From Euprymna scolopes (lineage: Eukaryota): a stretch of DNA of 64,000 bases. A program made the translations under genes and the position numbers. Every line of letters begins with the position of its first letter. Positions within the stretch are counted from its first letter, which is position 1. The notes under the pieces were generated by a model, which made no database searches, had not been told where the DNA came from, and saw only the letters and a list, made by a program, of their open reading frames with translations. Below, one piece after another: positions 26,990 to 41,558 of the stretch. The stretch is from NCBI GenBank assembly GCA_053919585.1, contig CM132813.1; one strand, 5' to 3'.

Positions 26990-28050
26990 AAAAATGTATA
27001 TATCGATAATAAAACAATATCCTAACTTAATATTAATATGAAATAAAGGACATATTTAGTAATACTATTAACCAAAAACGGGAACGAATTTCACATTATT
27101 TTGTTTTAAAGAAATATTTATTCATTAACGTAACTCGCATGCATATCAATCACTTTGAATAGCTTCTTGTCAACTGATGATGCCAATCGGCGAATTTTAA
27201 GTAATGCGAGGCTTTGGAAATTTCCAAAATCTTCCTCGCAATTTTATCCGTCGACGAAAATTGAACACTAACGTTGTAAACTTTTATCTTTATTATTGAC
27301 TAGAGCTTATTAATTAGATTTATATCTGGAGAACAAGGTGGTCATGTCATCAAATTTCCCCCACTAATGACTAATGACTTAAGGTAGGATGGCATAGCCT
27401 TTGCTAAGTGGGATGGCGCATTTTCCTGCATAAAAATAAATTTGTAGTGACGCGCCAATGGAAGGTGCCATGGTGAGAAATGCTTATTTAAAAATATAAT
27501 ATATGACTCGTTTGTCAGTTTGACAAGTTCTGGCACTCATAATGATCCATTTAGTTTATCGCATATTATTCTAGCAAAACATGACACCTCCACTTCCTTG
27601 TTGACAACGGACTCGATTAGGGGTAGGGAATCAAAGAGGACTGCAAACTTTTGTCTCACACATCTGGCCCATAAGAATTGGGCCAGACTCATCAGTGAAA
27701 GCAACATTTTTAAAGCTGGTCTTTATATATATAGTTAAACCACACTGTTTTCCCTCGTGAGTTTGTTTTAAAACTGTCTAACTTAATGCTCTAGCGATTT
27801 GGTTTTCGAAATTTCAGCTTTGTCAAATATAGCGGCTACTTGATAATTGTCAGCGAACTTTCCTAACATCACGGACATTAACTGACGTTCTTGTGTGTTT
27901 GTCTTTCCTTGGTTTGATGTTTAGATTTTCTAAAAAACGAAGACACTGTTCTTCGATGTATTTCAAGCTCCTTGGCTAGATCTGCGAGGGGTAAACTTGC
28001 AACGGCATTTTGAAAGATTTGCAATAAATGATACGCACTTAAAATTGCGA
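26990..28050 (-). mobile_element. Tc1-like transposase relic
   Basis: FIFMQENAPSH...LMT*PPCSPDINLINKL*SI (cf. FMQDNAPSH, WPPQSPDLNPIENLW). TIRs not resolved. Confidence 0.85.
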
Positions 28051-29736
28051 GAAAATATGAAAATTAGCTAAATTTTCAAAATATTTGTTACAAATTCCAC
28101 AAAAATCAGGAAAATTAGGTCCCGTTCAGAATTGCCGAATTTAATTTCTCTGCGTGTCATATCAATTTCAAAATTAACAACATATCGACTTGCAATTAAG
28201 CGATACACAAGGTTGTTTTTAATGTAAGTAACCTACTGATGAACTTACGGAGTTGTTTTATGTAATGCCTTAAATTTAAGTTTAAAATGCAAAAGTAAAT
28301 ATAATGGTTCGAGTCTGCTCTAAAAACATTAATTTCAAATGAGTTCTTGTCTTACATGCAATTTAGGCTGTTCATGGGTGTAAAATTTGGTCCAAATCGA
28401 ATTCATACTTCGTAAATCGCATTTTTTATGTTCCACTGGAAACTCCGATACAAAACGCATCTAAGAATAGTCTTAAACAAAAATCGGCATAATTTTTGGG
28501 AGCCTTCAAGGCACAAACTAACAGACACACACACTGTGATATTTTATATAAGCAAAATATTCGTGCCTGTTTTGATTTTCATATGCCCAATGCCTGATCC
28601 TAACAAGTGTTTTATAGCAATGCGCTTCTTTAATATGTATTAAGTCATAAGAAATACTTTCAGAGCTCTTTACAGCAGTAAATTGCAGGCAACAATTTAA
28701 CAATTAACAAGATTAAAATAGATTTCAAATTTGGATATTGCATTTTAGCAGATTTGAAAATGTCGGACTCTCTGAGATACTTACCAAACTATTTACGCTT
28801 GTCAATAACTTTTATGAGATTTCAAACTGAAGTATTGATATAATCAATTAGTTTCTTTTCGCCTACTTGATCGTATTCAATTTTGAGATACAGTAATCAG
28901 TAGTTTATTAAGTACATGTTAATATGCATGTAGGGCATAGTCAGCTATCTAACAATATTTGTACAAATAAACTTCAGTTAATGCCTACGTTGTCTGTCAA
29001 GTTTCAACTTTGTTAGTATAATTCTTTTATTATATTACAGTGTATTTACATGGCGACCACTAATGATCATCTTGTCAGAAAAAGATGCTGTTCTAATTAT
29101 GCGCTTAAAATAGTCCTGTGGTGAATTATATATTTATTAATGATATCAAGCGAGACATTCTATTGAGGCTACACTGTACCGACAGGTATTGATTTTATCC
29201 ATAGTTTGGTTATAAATTAATGCAGAGACGAAACAATAACTCTAAGAGACAGGCAATTAAATCATCAGGTGAATTTATAATATTTTAATAATTTCATCAG
29301 TTAAATTATAATTTGTTCTGAATGAAACCTCGTAGGATATTACTTCAACTTGCAAAATGGATGAAATATATTCTCAACGCAAAACAAAATTAAAAATTAC
29401 GTGAAAATCAATTATTCTTGTCACGCATTTTCTATTATTTCCTTATTCAATTTCTTATTTCATTCGTTTTATTTATTTTAGATGATTACACAAATATATT
29501 TTATGATTATATTTAACGATTGGTTCTCTCTTTGAGACTTTAAATATAAGATATTAGCTTTCTCTTGCTTCATGTAGACTTCCGAAAAAATACATTAAAT
29601 AAAAACAATAATGTTTTGGTAATATTCGTAATTCAACTGTAAATAAATTTTTCTCGGATTTTCACATATTTTTAGTTATTGGTATGTTGATACTGCATTT
29701 GTGAGTACATACTTTTTTTCTGTGCGTTCCAAAGTA

Positions 29737-30225
29737 CTAGCGTGGAGGAACCGGCATTGCCTAGTTGTAAAGAAAAAAACGGGATATGGGTGTCAGCAGC
29801 GAAAAATGAAACCGAAAGCAAATTATGTGAGTAACAAATAAGACCAAATATGCTGCGTGCGAACTCTCATTACTTCAGTTTCCAAAAGTAACTTTTACCG
29901 TCCGATCGACGTCGGCACTAATGTTTTGACGTTGAAAAAATCATTTCATAATGAAACAACGAATCGACTGTTCGCGCATGCGCAATTAGCAAACATCATT
30001 TAAATGCACGTTTTTACCTGACCATTTAAAACTAAAAGACCTTTCTGCATGAAGTCAGTGAATATTTTTTCTTATTTTTTGAATATTCAATGTCCGATAA
30101 ATTGTTGTTTTTAAGTGTACAATATTTGTCCCGTTTCGATGCTAATGACAAATATTTTCGCCAACACACCAACACACCAACCCACCAACCCACCAACACA
30201 AATGTATTTGCCGTTATATAATAGA
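29737..30225 (-). mobile_element. Complete non-autonomous Helitron-type element (489 bp)
   Basis: Minus strand reads A|TCTATTATATAAC...(GTTGGTGG/GTTGGTGT)n...GCAATGCCGGTTCCTCCACGCTAG|T: 5'-TC, 3'-CTAG, inserted in an AT dinucleotide without TSD. Confidence 0.7.
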
Positions 30226-30455
30226 TGTGATATTATTGCGTTTTTCTTTATTATATTTACACATTATCTTACGTTTACTCAAGAGGTAATAGGAGTAATC
30301 GATGAAGTTGAATCTTGTTTTAATTCATTATCTGAAATATATTCACAACGGGATAAAACACCGTTTTATTTGGTCTTCACAAAATATATAAGTAAATTTA
30401 TAACGAATAAAATCAATCGTAGGTTGAATATAAAGTTTGCATTTTCACTATTAGT

Positions 30456-30499
<44 letters not shown>

Positions 30500-30505
<6 letters not shown>

Positions 30506-31168
30506 CTACTTCATTTACTCACATAAAATTAATATACGAAAGTATAGATTTATGCGTAAACTTTAAGTATTTACTTCAATTGTGCTCAATACGTAGGTAG
30601 AGCTAATTAGTAATTTAGAAAGTATATATGGCGATTAAGCTACACGGAATATTCTGCGTTTCATCCACTATAGGATTCGTCAGGCTTATACGCGAATTCT
30701 GTGGTTGTTTCTTTTTTTATATATATGTTGAGGATTTTAGTTAGCCAATCAGCTTTCTAGTATCCACCGCGCCCCTTCCTATCAGCCAATTGGCATGTAT
30801 TTTATCGAAGAAAGGATCTGTTTTAGAACTAGGTTAGTGGTTTAAGGTAGACGTTTTCCTCCTTTTATATATATTTAAATGTACATATGTGTACGCACAC
30901 ACATGCACACACACACATATATATACATATATGTGTGATCGTTTATGTATATTCATGTTTATTTAATTTATTTATTTGTTTGTTTTCTATTGTTTTTGTT
31001 AGTTTTAAAGCTATTCTGTATCGCTATCCTAGAGTAAGTTTTATTTTGTGAACACAGTTGTTTGCTATTTCTCGTCTACAGTTTAATAGATTTTGGGGTT
31101 CTTTAAAGTACAGGATAGCAAACGCAGACTATTCAGTGTAGCTTAATCGCCATATATATTTTATAAAT

Positions 31169-31171
<3 letters not shown>
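30500..31171 (-). mobile_element. ORF-less HHR-bearing element with inverted ends, embedded in (TA)n (PLE pseudo-LTR-like), copy B
   Basis: 30609-30661 and 31120-31171 are inverted repeats; (TA)n on both flanks; homologous to 6730-6958. Confidence 0.75.
30636..30688 (-). ncRNA. Canonical type I hammerhead ribozyme
   Basis: UAAGC-CUGACGA-AUCC uauagu GGAU-GAAA-CGCAGAAUAUUCCGUG-UA^GCUUA. All core nucleotides present, three stems, GUA cleavage triplet (predicted cut between 30641 and 30640). Confidence 0.9.
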
Positions 31172-31222
<51 letters not shown>

Positions 31223-32362
31223 TATTACACAAACGCGTAGTAATTTAAAGTTAGATTTATAATTTTTACATCTACAAAATACACATCATGTTGCATTTTT
31301 TCAAGTTTTATTATAATTTGTCTTGTTTAGTAATGTATTGAGAAACGCCCCATTAAAGTTTCTATTATTTATTCAAACCTAACTTAATGTAAGTTGTTTA
31401 ATTTCTGCTTTTTCTTACACACATCTGATATTATTCACACTCATGTATCGCTCTCTTTACATCTCACAATTTCTGTTTAGTAACTATCAGGTGAAGCGAT
31501 CTTTCGAACTGACGATAAAAATAATAATAGTGAAACTAGAACATATAATACAAGTGTTAAATGTATTTAGTAAATCAGGGTTATCTTATTTTATCTATAG
31601 TTAAACAGAATAAATTTCTGAATTTGAATATGTTCAATAAATAGTAATCTATATTCAATAGGGAAACGAATGCAATATTTACGATTAGTGTCTTTTAAAC
31701 CCCATATATATCTTATATATAATAATTTGATAGCAGAAATTCTCCTCAGGACCGAATTAACGTAGGTTTGCAATAATAGATTTCACATAAAAATGTAATG
31801 TATCTAAACTATTATGCACCATTGTTTCCATCTGTAGAATGCCGTTTCATACATATTTATTCTTTATAATAAAATGCTATATTCCAAACTAGGAACGTAA
31901 TCAACACTATTGTCACGACCTACAGAGGAAGTAGTTCGTATTTTCCCTCACTAAAAAAAAGCACTCCCGCCGACTATATTCAACACCGGGAAATATTAGT
32001 CGGACTACATATATACCGTTTAGTCTGCCTACATAACTGGCTTGCGAACTTATTCACATACAATTCACTTTCTTTTTCCCGTGAGAAAAATAATAATTTC
32101 TCCCTTACAGACATCCTGCAAACCTTATTGGCTGAGAGTAAACAAATTCCTGATTCATAATTTTGCGATTAATAATCTTGTATGGGACCAATTTTATCTT
32201 TATATTTCGGACCATGGTATAGTGTTAAGTAAAATATACTAAAGCTGCAAAGTAGTGCGATAACACTACATGATAATTACATGATAGTGTTCGGCTTGCT
32301 AATTATATATAAAATAATGTTCGTATTTTTATTGTACATTGTATAAACACTTTCCTGGTAGC

Positions 32363-32415
<53 letters not shown>

Positions 32416-34486
32416 GTGTGTATGTGCGTGTGTGTGTGTGTGTGTCGAACAGATTTGTTTCTCGGATGTACATCTACTGAAATCCGTGTGATTATTGAAG
32501 AGTGGTCAAATGAGAACAGATCAGGCATATAGTATGTTTATTATACAAATTTTATTTTTTACATATGCGCACACATGGTTCGCTTGGATCTCAGTTCTGA
32601 GATACCCATAAAAATATAAATAAAGATAAAGAGAAAAATTATATACATTGGTATATAGGAAAATATATCCCGGTGTGATTCACACTCTGAAAGATAGGCG
32701 GATGTATTGTTTGTGAAAGTATGTTCCGGCCTTGCCATGCTGTCACAGCGAGGATATATCGGTTTTATTTTTTACTAGACGGTTGTATTTTGGCGTTAGT
32801 ACTTGCTTAGGTCTGAAGTAATATTATGCTTTCATCACTGCTGTTTCCCTATTTGAATATTTTCTGATTGTTTTCTACTTTACCGGTGACACATTCGTCG
32901 TCCATCTATTTTTCTAAGCCCTATTTATTTATTTATTCATTTATTCATTTGATTCTCCGCTTTAATTTATTTAAAAATTTATTCCCATTTTTTAATTTAA
33001 TTTATTTATTTAATTAATTGTTGGTTTAGTTATTCCAAAACAATATCGGCTTACATATTAAAACTACCAGTCTGTAAACAAATATATGGGCGTATTTATA
33101 TGACTTAAGCATAAGTAATATCATAGGAGTTACATTATTTGTCTTTACGTGTCCGAAGTAATTACACATGCAAAGGTTTTAACATATAAAGTGTGAAACA
33201 TATGCCACGGGATTGCGAAGAAATACATTCACTATTAAAAAAAAAATACTGTTTTGGTAAATGACTGTACTTTATTCATTTTGTATTTTAATCCTTAACA
33301 ATTGGAATATTATTTTGATTTTTTGATTTAAAGAACGGAGATGTCACATTATTGAAAAAATTTTTGAAATGGTAAATTGACTTATGAGCTACCCTGTATA
33401 AATAAACATAATTTTAATAGTTGCCATTATGTAATTTGAGTTATTTATCTTTTCCTTCATCCATAGATAAATAATATATTTCATAAGTTTATATGATCTG
33501 TTATCGAGATATGTTTTCCTACGCATATACAGGCAAAGAGATACATAATAGCATAGATGAGTCTATAATTGTAGCACATCCTGTTTTTATAACCATCTAG
33601 ATAGAGTACTTAGTTACCGCTTGATACTAATTATCTGCTGGGTTTCTTCATATAACTCTGCTTAACAGAAATAGTTTTCGTAGGTATATATCAATATTCT
33701 ATTTATGAGCATGTAAGTCACATAGATTATTTGTGTTAATCGATTTTGGATATTTTATTAGTAAGTATTCAATACACACTGACCTAATTCGAGCTTGTGG
33801 CATATTGTGTTTTCAGTAGTTTGAGTGGCAGCAAAAGGGCAAATATTTCCTCATTTGGTAAATTATTTATTCTTGCCTATTCTGATACGTTTTTCTATAA
33901 GTATAATTATTAAATAGAGATGTACTGATTATTTGTTTGTATAGTAATTTAATTGTGGTGTATACGAAGCATTCTGTATCCTATCGATTTGCCCTCCGAT
34001 AATTTATTAATAAATGAAATGATAGAATGTGAGGGGTTATGGACTTTAGTATACAACCATGATGAAAATAGCTATTTGCTTTTTTTTATATGCTATTAAA
34101 AGTCCTTGCGAGTTACAGCCGATAATTGCTTTATATTTATTATGTTTTTATTTCCTTTGAACTCATAATTCCAAGTTGCTCCGTATAGCATTAATAACAG
34201 GATGAAGTAAATGAACTAAGATACATCGTCAAAAACCCAGAAATCGAAAAATTCTACAAAGGAAGTATCTCAATTATCTTTTAAAGCAGATTATACTGTC
34301 ATACATTGCCAACGAATAGCAAATCCTATGCTCACTCTCGGGGCACTACTGGAACTTAATCGAAGCGTTTCGGAACCTATAAAAAAGGACTCACACACAA
34401 AGTTACTTTTGAAATCATAGTAGAAAAAAGACAAATATATGTATATATATATATGTATTACTATATATGTTCATATATAGGCGTTG

Positions 34487-34520
<34 letters not shown>

Positions 34521-37249
34521 ATGTGTGTGTGTATGTGTGTGTATGTGCCCGTATATGACTAAATATGAATACGGCACTCAGCTATAATTAAAAAAAACGG
34601 TATCTTTAATGTGTAATCATATTTAATTCATCCCAATTAGAATATGCGTATCGTAATAGTCTGCTTTTATGATCCATGAAATAGTAACTATTTGGCTTTT
34701 CCTTAAAGAATAAATGTCGAATAAAATGAGAAAATAAACTCAGATGGAAAGAGATAGAAAGCAAAGGAGAGATAGATAGATAGAAAGAGATATAAAGCAA
34801 GAGAGAGATATGTACATGATCGGACCACCATCGGCGAAACAATTATTTCCATTCCAATGAGATTCTCTGTCGCTAAATTAAAGGGAAATGAATAAAAAGG
34901 GGGGGGGGTGAAAATGGCTACAATAACAAACTTTTCTAAGTAACACTTGTACGACCGTAAGAAAAACATTTCCACAAAACTTTTAACAAAATAATGGCTG
35001 GCGATGTGTCTATCGCTTGAAGATGTTTGCAAGAAAGTATCGAATTTTTATGTCAAAATTAATTTTTAAAATGCCAAAGTATGTGACAGTATTGGTTTAT
35101 TTTATCAGCTACCAGCGGCCGTTCGTGACTCTAGATTTTCGAGGTGATGTTTTGTGAAGTAAGGAATTTTGAATTCTTTCAAAGTTTTCACAGACAATAT
35201 GCTTTCTTAATCTGTTCCGTATATCTTTATCGCCAAACGTTTAATACATAGTATACTTGACTGAATTAACTATTATTATAATATTTATTCGTCTTTTTTA
35301 AGTCATATAGTAAACTATTTAGTAGTATGTACTAATTCTTTATCCTTGTATTCCATAATTAAGTTATGTTTCTATTTGCAAATATTTTATAAATATTTAT
35401 GACAATGTCATCATTAGTTAATGTTTACTTACATTTGTAACGAGACGCAGAAAAAATTGAAACGGCCGGAAAAACAACTCTGGGACACAAAAAGTGAAGA
35501 AAACCAAAAACATGCAAAACAACAAGGAAGAAGAAAAAAAGGAAAATTCGAGATGACAAAATAGACACGCGGTGAGGGGCTTTCTCTTGTTTTTCTTCTT
35601 TTTGCTCTACTCAGAAAAACAAATCGGCAATTTAAGGCCAATTTATTTTTTCATTTTAATGAATTATTTTTCTACCTTTTTTTGTTTAGCACATGTAAAC
35701 ATTGGTAGCACGTGTAAACATTTTCTTGCCTCATACAAAAATGTACGAATACAGGTCTTTCCATGTGTGATGCATTGGGAGAGAGGGAGATAGAGAAAGA
35801 GAGAGAGAGAGAGAGGTTCCTAGCGGCTGTGCGTTTGAAGAAGACACTGTGGAAATCATCTAGGAGCGATCGGGCAATGAAAAAAAGGGAGTGACTGGGT
35901 GGAGGAAGCCAGCAGAGATAGAAGAAAAGAGAGAATGGTGTCAGGAGATTAGCGATTGCAATGAAAAGTGTTGGATGGAAAATCTTAGTCGATGGGAAAA
36001 ACGGTAGTCGAAAAAAATGATGTAAGACGGGCGTGGGAGGTGCGCACATCTGGGTGAACACAAATTCGATTTAAGAGGGGAGCAATTCACATATTGTGAA
36101 GTCTTTTCTCCCCACGTGTTGACTAGGAACATGAGATGTGATCACATGCATCAACTCCTGATGCACGGATTACGTTCACTTGGTGTTAAAATGGTATCGG
36201 AAAGCATGGCGGTGCGTCATTTTGTTACTTTGTGGAAATGTAAGCCTAGGATAGAAATTGTTAAACATTTCAATTCGTGTCCATATAGAGGTCTTCTATA
36301 TTTGTGGAAATGCGGCGATCTTCCGTCTTTTCACTCACGGTTTACGAGGACTTCTATTAGCATAACACGTTTTAAGAGATGTTCGTCGATTTAAGGAACT
36401 TAAGGAATTTCAGACAACTTCGTCTGTTGTGGGAATGGGGATTTGTCTTACGTCGCGTGTTAGGTGATAGGGGGTCGGGGCGATAGTTAGAAGTAAATTA
36501 AGTCATGGTGATTCGACTTGGCTAGGTTGTTGGTGGAAAACGGAGCATGAGTTTTTGTTGAATGCAGGAAAAGAAGCATCCAGGAATTCGGATAGTTAGG
36601 GATACGACACACTGGCTCGTGGAGTACGTCGGTTCTATGATCCGGTGGCGGATGAAGAGCCATTGATGCGATGAGTGATTGCAATGAGGCCAGTCAAGAC
36701 TTTTAGAATTGTAATGTTATTTTTAACCACTGTTCACGATCCACGGGAGGAAATTAGGAGACGCATACTGATGATCTGTTCAGAATAGAAGAGAGAACGT
36801 CCTTCGCTTGAGAAAAAAAAATGAGGAAAAAAATAGACGGTCATAATGAATATTTATTTTTATTAAAAGTGTCGTTTATAGAAAAAATGGAGATTGTTTA
36901 AACAATTTTTCTGTACACATGCATACGAACTTTATATTTTAATTGTTGTTAAAAAGAATAGGAAAAAAGAGACTTATCTTGATTTAGGCATGCGGAAGAT
37001 GTTACTTGTTTTTTCAATAATGTTGAAAGTGTTATTTAAGTAAAATGTGCAAAATTGTACTTCTCATTAAAGAAAATTCGAGAGACTAGACAGGTTCAGG
37101 CGTGTGTGCACAATATTTTCCCGGTGGGAGGTGACAAAAAATCCTTCTGATTTTTTTAGGGTGGGTAGAAAGGGGGAGAGAGGATAATGGCACTATGCCT
37201 GTAACAGTTGAGGTGATTAACATTTCTCATGATTTTGTTTTTATTTTTT

Positions 37250-37600
37250 AGATGGTGGGGCGAAATATTTTGGAGTTGGTTAAAATTCCTCTTGGTTATT
37301 TTGTGGGTTGGGGCAAAATATTGTAGAGGTGGGTAAAATTCCTCCTATTTATTTTTGGGAGGTGTAGCGAAATATTGTGGATGTGGTAAAACAGTCCTCC
37401 TGTTTATTTTTGGGAGGGTGGGGCGAAATATTGTGGGGATGGTTAAAATGTCTCCTGTTTATTTTTGGGAGGTTGGGGCAAAATGGCTGAATGCCTGTTA
37501 ATTTGGAGGTGGTTTAAATTTCTCCTGTGTATTTGGGGGGGGCGAAATGGCGGAATGCCTCTTATTTTGGAGGTGGTTAAACTTCCTCCTGTTTCTTTTT
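37250..37600. repeat. Degenerate ~50-56 bp minisatellite, ~7 copies
   Basis: Recurring GGTGGGGCGAAATATTGTGGA...GGTTAAAATTCCTCCTGTTTATTTTTGGGA. Confidence 0.85.
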
Positions 37601-38335
37601 CTACCTCGGTAGAGGTGCGAGGTTTATTTTTCCTCTCTGGTATAAAAAGCTGTACCAGTTTTCTGGAGGCAGTCAAAAAAGGAAATGCTTTGAAGAGTTT
37701 TTTAAGGTTATTCAAATACCCGTGGAAAACCGAGAGAGTTGGGTGAACACCTGTGATACTGGTTTGGAAATGATACGCAGAATTTCTGTTTTTTTGTGTC
37801 TGTCTTCTAAGTGAAGGACATATTTTTGGCGTTTCATTATTCATGTAATATATATGAATTTTATGTAATTTATGTGGATATGAGCTTGTGTTTTTGGAAT
37901 TTATGTAATACATGACATGTTGGGCATGGGATGGGTGTGATACTATAAAGTGACCGTGGGATGGATTTGAGCAACTAAGTGCTGAGAGGGAGGGGAATAG
38001 ATAAAAGAGAGAAAATAGTTTAGAATTAACAAAGAAATCGGAAATATCCTACAATCAACAATATATAGGAAATAGCTTAGAATTAACAAATCTACAATCA
38101 ACCATAGATATGAAATAGCAAACAATAACAATAGAAACCTACTGAAAAAAACAGGGAATGACAGCTTCCGGTAGCCATGTTGGGGTGGGGGACATGGGAG
38201 ACCAAGACAGAGGAGACAGACAGTTGATATCTAGATGCGCTAGACGGAGGTTGGAAGTTGGACAGTTATAGAGTTGACTTTGAAATAGAGTCGTGGAAAA
38301 TTTTAGAGTTGTACTACGAAAGAGAGATAGACTAA

Positions 38336-38590
38336 TGTAACATCAATAGGACGAGGAGAAGACACACACACACTCACAAGTCCAACAGTCAATTTATATG
38401 TGAAAATTGGTGTTTGTGTTTTTACTTTCATTGTTCATATTTGTTCATCTTTGTACTTTTGTGAAACCACGCGTGTGTCCTCACCGAGAGTTGCCAGCGA
38501 GAAAATGTCGATCCGGCCATGAACGAAACATCCACGGTACACGACGTTGGAAGTCGGCGACCTGACGAGGGAGAAACACCTGGGGTTACA
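38336..38590. mobile_element. Possible solo LTR
   Basis: TGTAAC...GTTACA termini, 255 bp. No matching TSD. Confidence 0.35.
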
Positions 38591-39061
38591 ACCGTATTTC
38601 AATATATTATATATCAACGTTTCGTTTTTGAATTATAACGATTTTGATCACTGTTTCGATGCATATAATGATAGCATCACCAAAACTTATAAAAATATTA
38701 CACGATTCATCATGATTTAAATGATATAATTACATTTGTAAACGTGTGCACAGTTTGCACACATTTTGACCTCAAACAAGCGTATAAAATGTAATCCAAC
38801 TAAAAGTTGGAACAATCCTCTCGCTATACAAGTATTTTTCTTAGAATTTATGTGCATGAATACGGGTTGTACGATATGATATAAGCGATATGTACATGTA
38901 GGTATTGTAACTATCAGAATAGATGTTTTTTTTTACTTAATTAGCTTCTAATTTTAATATCTGAGAAGGTGATTCACGGCTATAAGAGCAATCAACACTA
39001 AATAAAATGAGAGCGGTGAGATGTAACATCACGAATTCGAAAAAGAAAATAGATAAAATGG

Positions 39062-40009
39062 TTGTATTATTATTCATCGGACTACTGTTCTCATCTTCAG
39101 TGTGATTCCCACAACGCTTTAGTCGACACAACCTCCCACCGTCTTCAAGTGTATCTTGTCGACCTCGGGAATGTTTCTGTCGAACTCGGGAATTTAGACG
39201 AAATTTCGAGCGAAACCCTTTATTGACGTTACGGAGGTAGCGTGCTCTTGTTTCGTCAGCCATGACTAGATAGAGATCCTAAGTAATTCGCAAATTCATA
39301 TTTTGGCCGCCCACAGTAAGGTTTTTACACAAACCACTGCGCCACGGGTCCTCGAGGACAATTCTATTACGAATTTTAGGAGCCTAAAACCTAATTTTAT
39401 TTCTAGTTGTAAATATCACCATTTATTACTAATCATTGCTATATATTAATATATATATATATATATATACATATCTATGCTTATTTTTTATATCTTAGTG
39501 TTTCATCTTATTACTTGTATATATTATCTATTGTTTATAATTACTGGTTACCATTATAGTATGGAATTCTACAGTGGGCTTACTTACTTGGTTATTCCCA
39601 TGCATATGTGTTGTTTCTTTTAGTCGTTTTACTCTCCATAGTTCCTTTCTGTCTATAATTTCTACTTCATCCCATAATAGTAGATGCTTCCCTTTTCTTT
39701 CCAGATACGGTTAGCTATACCTGACGTTTCAATCTCTCCACGTACTACGGCTTTCCGATTCCCTTCTAGCCGTACTTTTAACGGACGATACGTTTCACCT
39801 CCGTATGTCTTTCACATTTACATGGGATTTCTATTACAAAGTTCTTGAGAGTTGAATCACTTTTGAATATTTCCCTAATATCATATGGATTACATATTCG
39901 TTTAAGTAACCCATATGACATCAGGACAGTATTCAGGAGTTATATCGACCTAAACGTTGTGGAAATCACACTGCAGATGAGAACAGTAGTCCGATGAATA
40001 ATAATACAA
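39062..40009. repeat. Inverted pair of a short interspersed repeat (39062-39127 vs 39944-40009) carrying a degenerate HHR-like end
   Basis: ~65-bp inverted match. Minus strand 39110-39151 reads CAC-UUGAAGA-CGGUG...CGAC-UAAA-GCG-UU-GUG. A third related fragment, CATCGGTCGAAACGATAG, lies at ~52265-52320. Confidence 0.7.
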
Positions 40010-41493
40010 ATAACCAATCCTCATCTAAAAAAATCAGAAACATCAGGTAAAGTGCTTACAAATAAACCAAAATGTATATAGATATATAAATACCCAAAAA
40101 ATAGATAAAAAGCTTTCAATTATGATTAATTGCATATGAAACACGTTTAATTTTATTGAACATTATTATACTCCAAACACCGTTTAATGTAGTGCTGAAT
40201 TTGTGTATGAGTAATATATTGGAAACCACTTATTCTAAGCGTTCATATAATAGAATAACTATAAATATCTAACTATGATGGTTAATATTCTATTTTTCAG
40301 TTTTACTTTATTTTTTCTTTTGTTTTTATTCGATTATATTCCACTAAAATATAAAATATGAGTTAAGACTTAATTTTGACGTAGCGTGTTGATTATATTT
40401 TAAAGCAATCCCATTTCGACGACATTAAAAGTTGGAACCACAATGCTTATTATAAACGATTAATTGCGAGACGAATAATTAAACACATTTATCTTACACA
40501 TTAATATTGTAAAGGCTCTTTTATAGAAGAGCTCCACTTCTAAGAGAAAACACGAGTTTCGTAAAATAGTATTTTCTCTATTCATAAATATTAAGCTCTT
40601 ACTATTTAATCTAGCTTTATGATTATAAGAAGGCATGCGCCGATCAAGGAAAGGTACGCTTAATATTGAATTAGAGTTATTGTTATGCCCAGTGTTCGCA
40701 TATTACTCTGTTGAATTCTGATTTATCGCCATTAAAACATGGCAAATATCCACAGAAGTTTGAAGTGGAAAGATTTGTAAAAATAATAGTAGTATTTTGT
40801 GTGGATTCAATAAGCTTAGTTACTAAGAACGTATTTTCCCAAATGTTATCGCCATGAAGATGGCTAAGCAGTTTGCTTGAACGAAATTCAATTTGTGTGT
40901 AAGTAATGAAAATAGTTCATATGAGAATTGTCTCCAGGATACATGATCTTCACCTGCCTCGATGTTAAGGATCTAATTCATACATGATAGAGAATAATTC
41001 GGTGCGGTGTTTTCAGAGCTCTTTAACGTGGAACAATTGTGTTAACTTAGACGAGTTAATTAACATTATTTATCGATCTTGATTTTGAAAGTCATTATAG
41101 TTGTGACGCATTCAACCAATATTTGTGATATGCATTATTAAATATCGAAGTTGTTCACTTTACTATCGATTGTTTATCATATTCATAAAAAATAATAGAC
41201 ATGTTCACTTGTTGCAACAATAAATATATATTAAAAAACTGCTCTTTCGTCTCTCTTATCTCTTTTCCTCGTTTCCATCATTGAAGAGTTATAATACACG
41301 TTCATCAGTTCATGTACGTTTTTTTATATAATCTTTAGTCATATTTTGTGATCATATAAGAGAATCTATCATTTCATCCTTTTTTCCCCTTATATTCATT
41401 TACTAGAACACTTTACCTTTTATACTTCATTCTACTCTACTACATTACTCTCATTTAATTTATAGTATTCGTTTTTCTTCATACAATCCTGAA

Positions 41494-41558
<65 letters not shown>

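Noticed and set aside
27173-27200. CTGATGA-TGCC-AATC-GGC-GAA hammerhead-like string
   Set aside because: No GAAA, stem III or stem I; it lies antisense within the Tc1 transposase relic.
30115-30600. 161-aa ORF and other ORFs with IYIY runs or X runs
   Set aside because: They stay open only because they cross microsatellites, repeat ends or N gaps.
37443-37913. 156-aa ORF
   Set aside because: It overlaps the degenerate minisatellite and has no recognisable domain.
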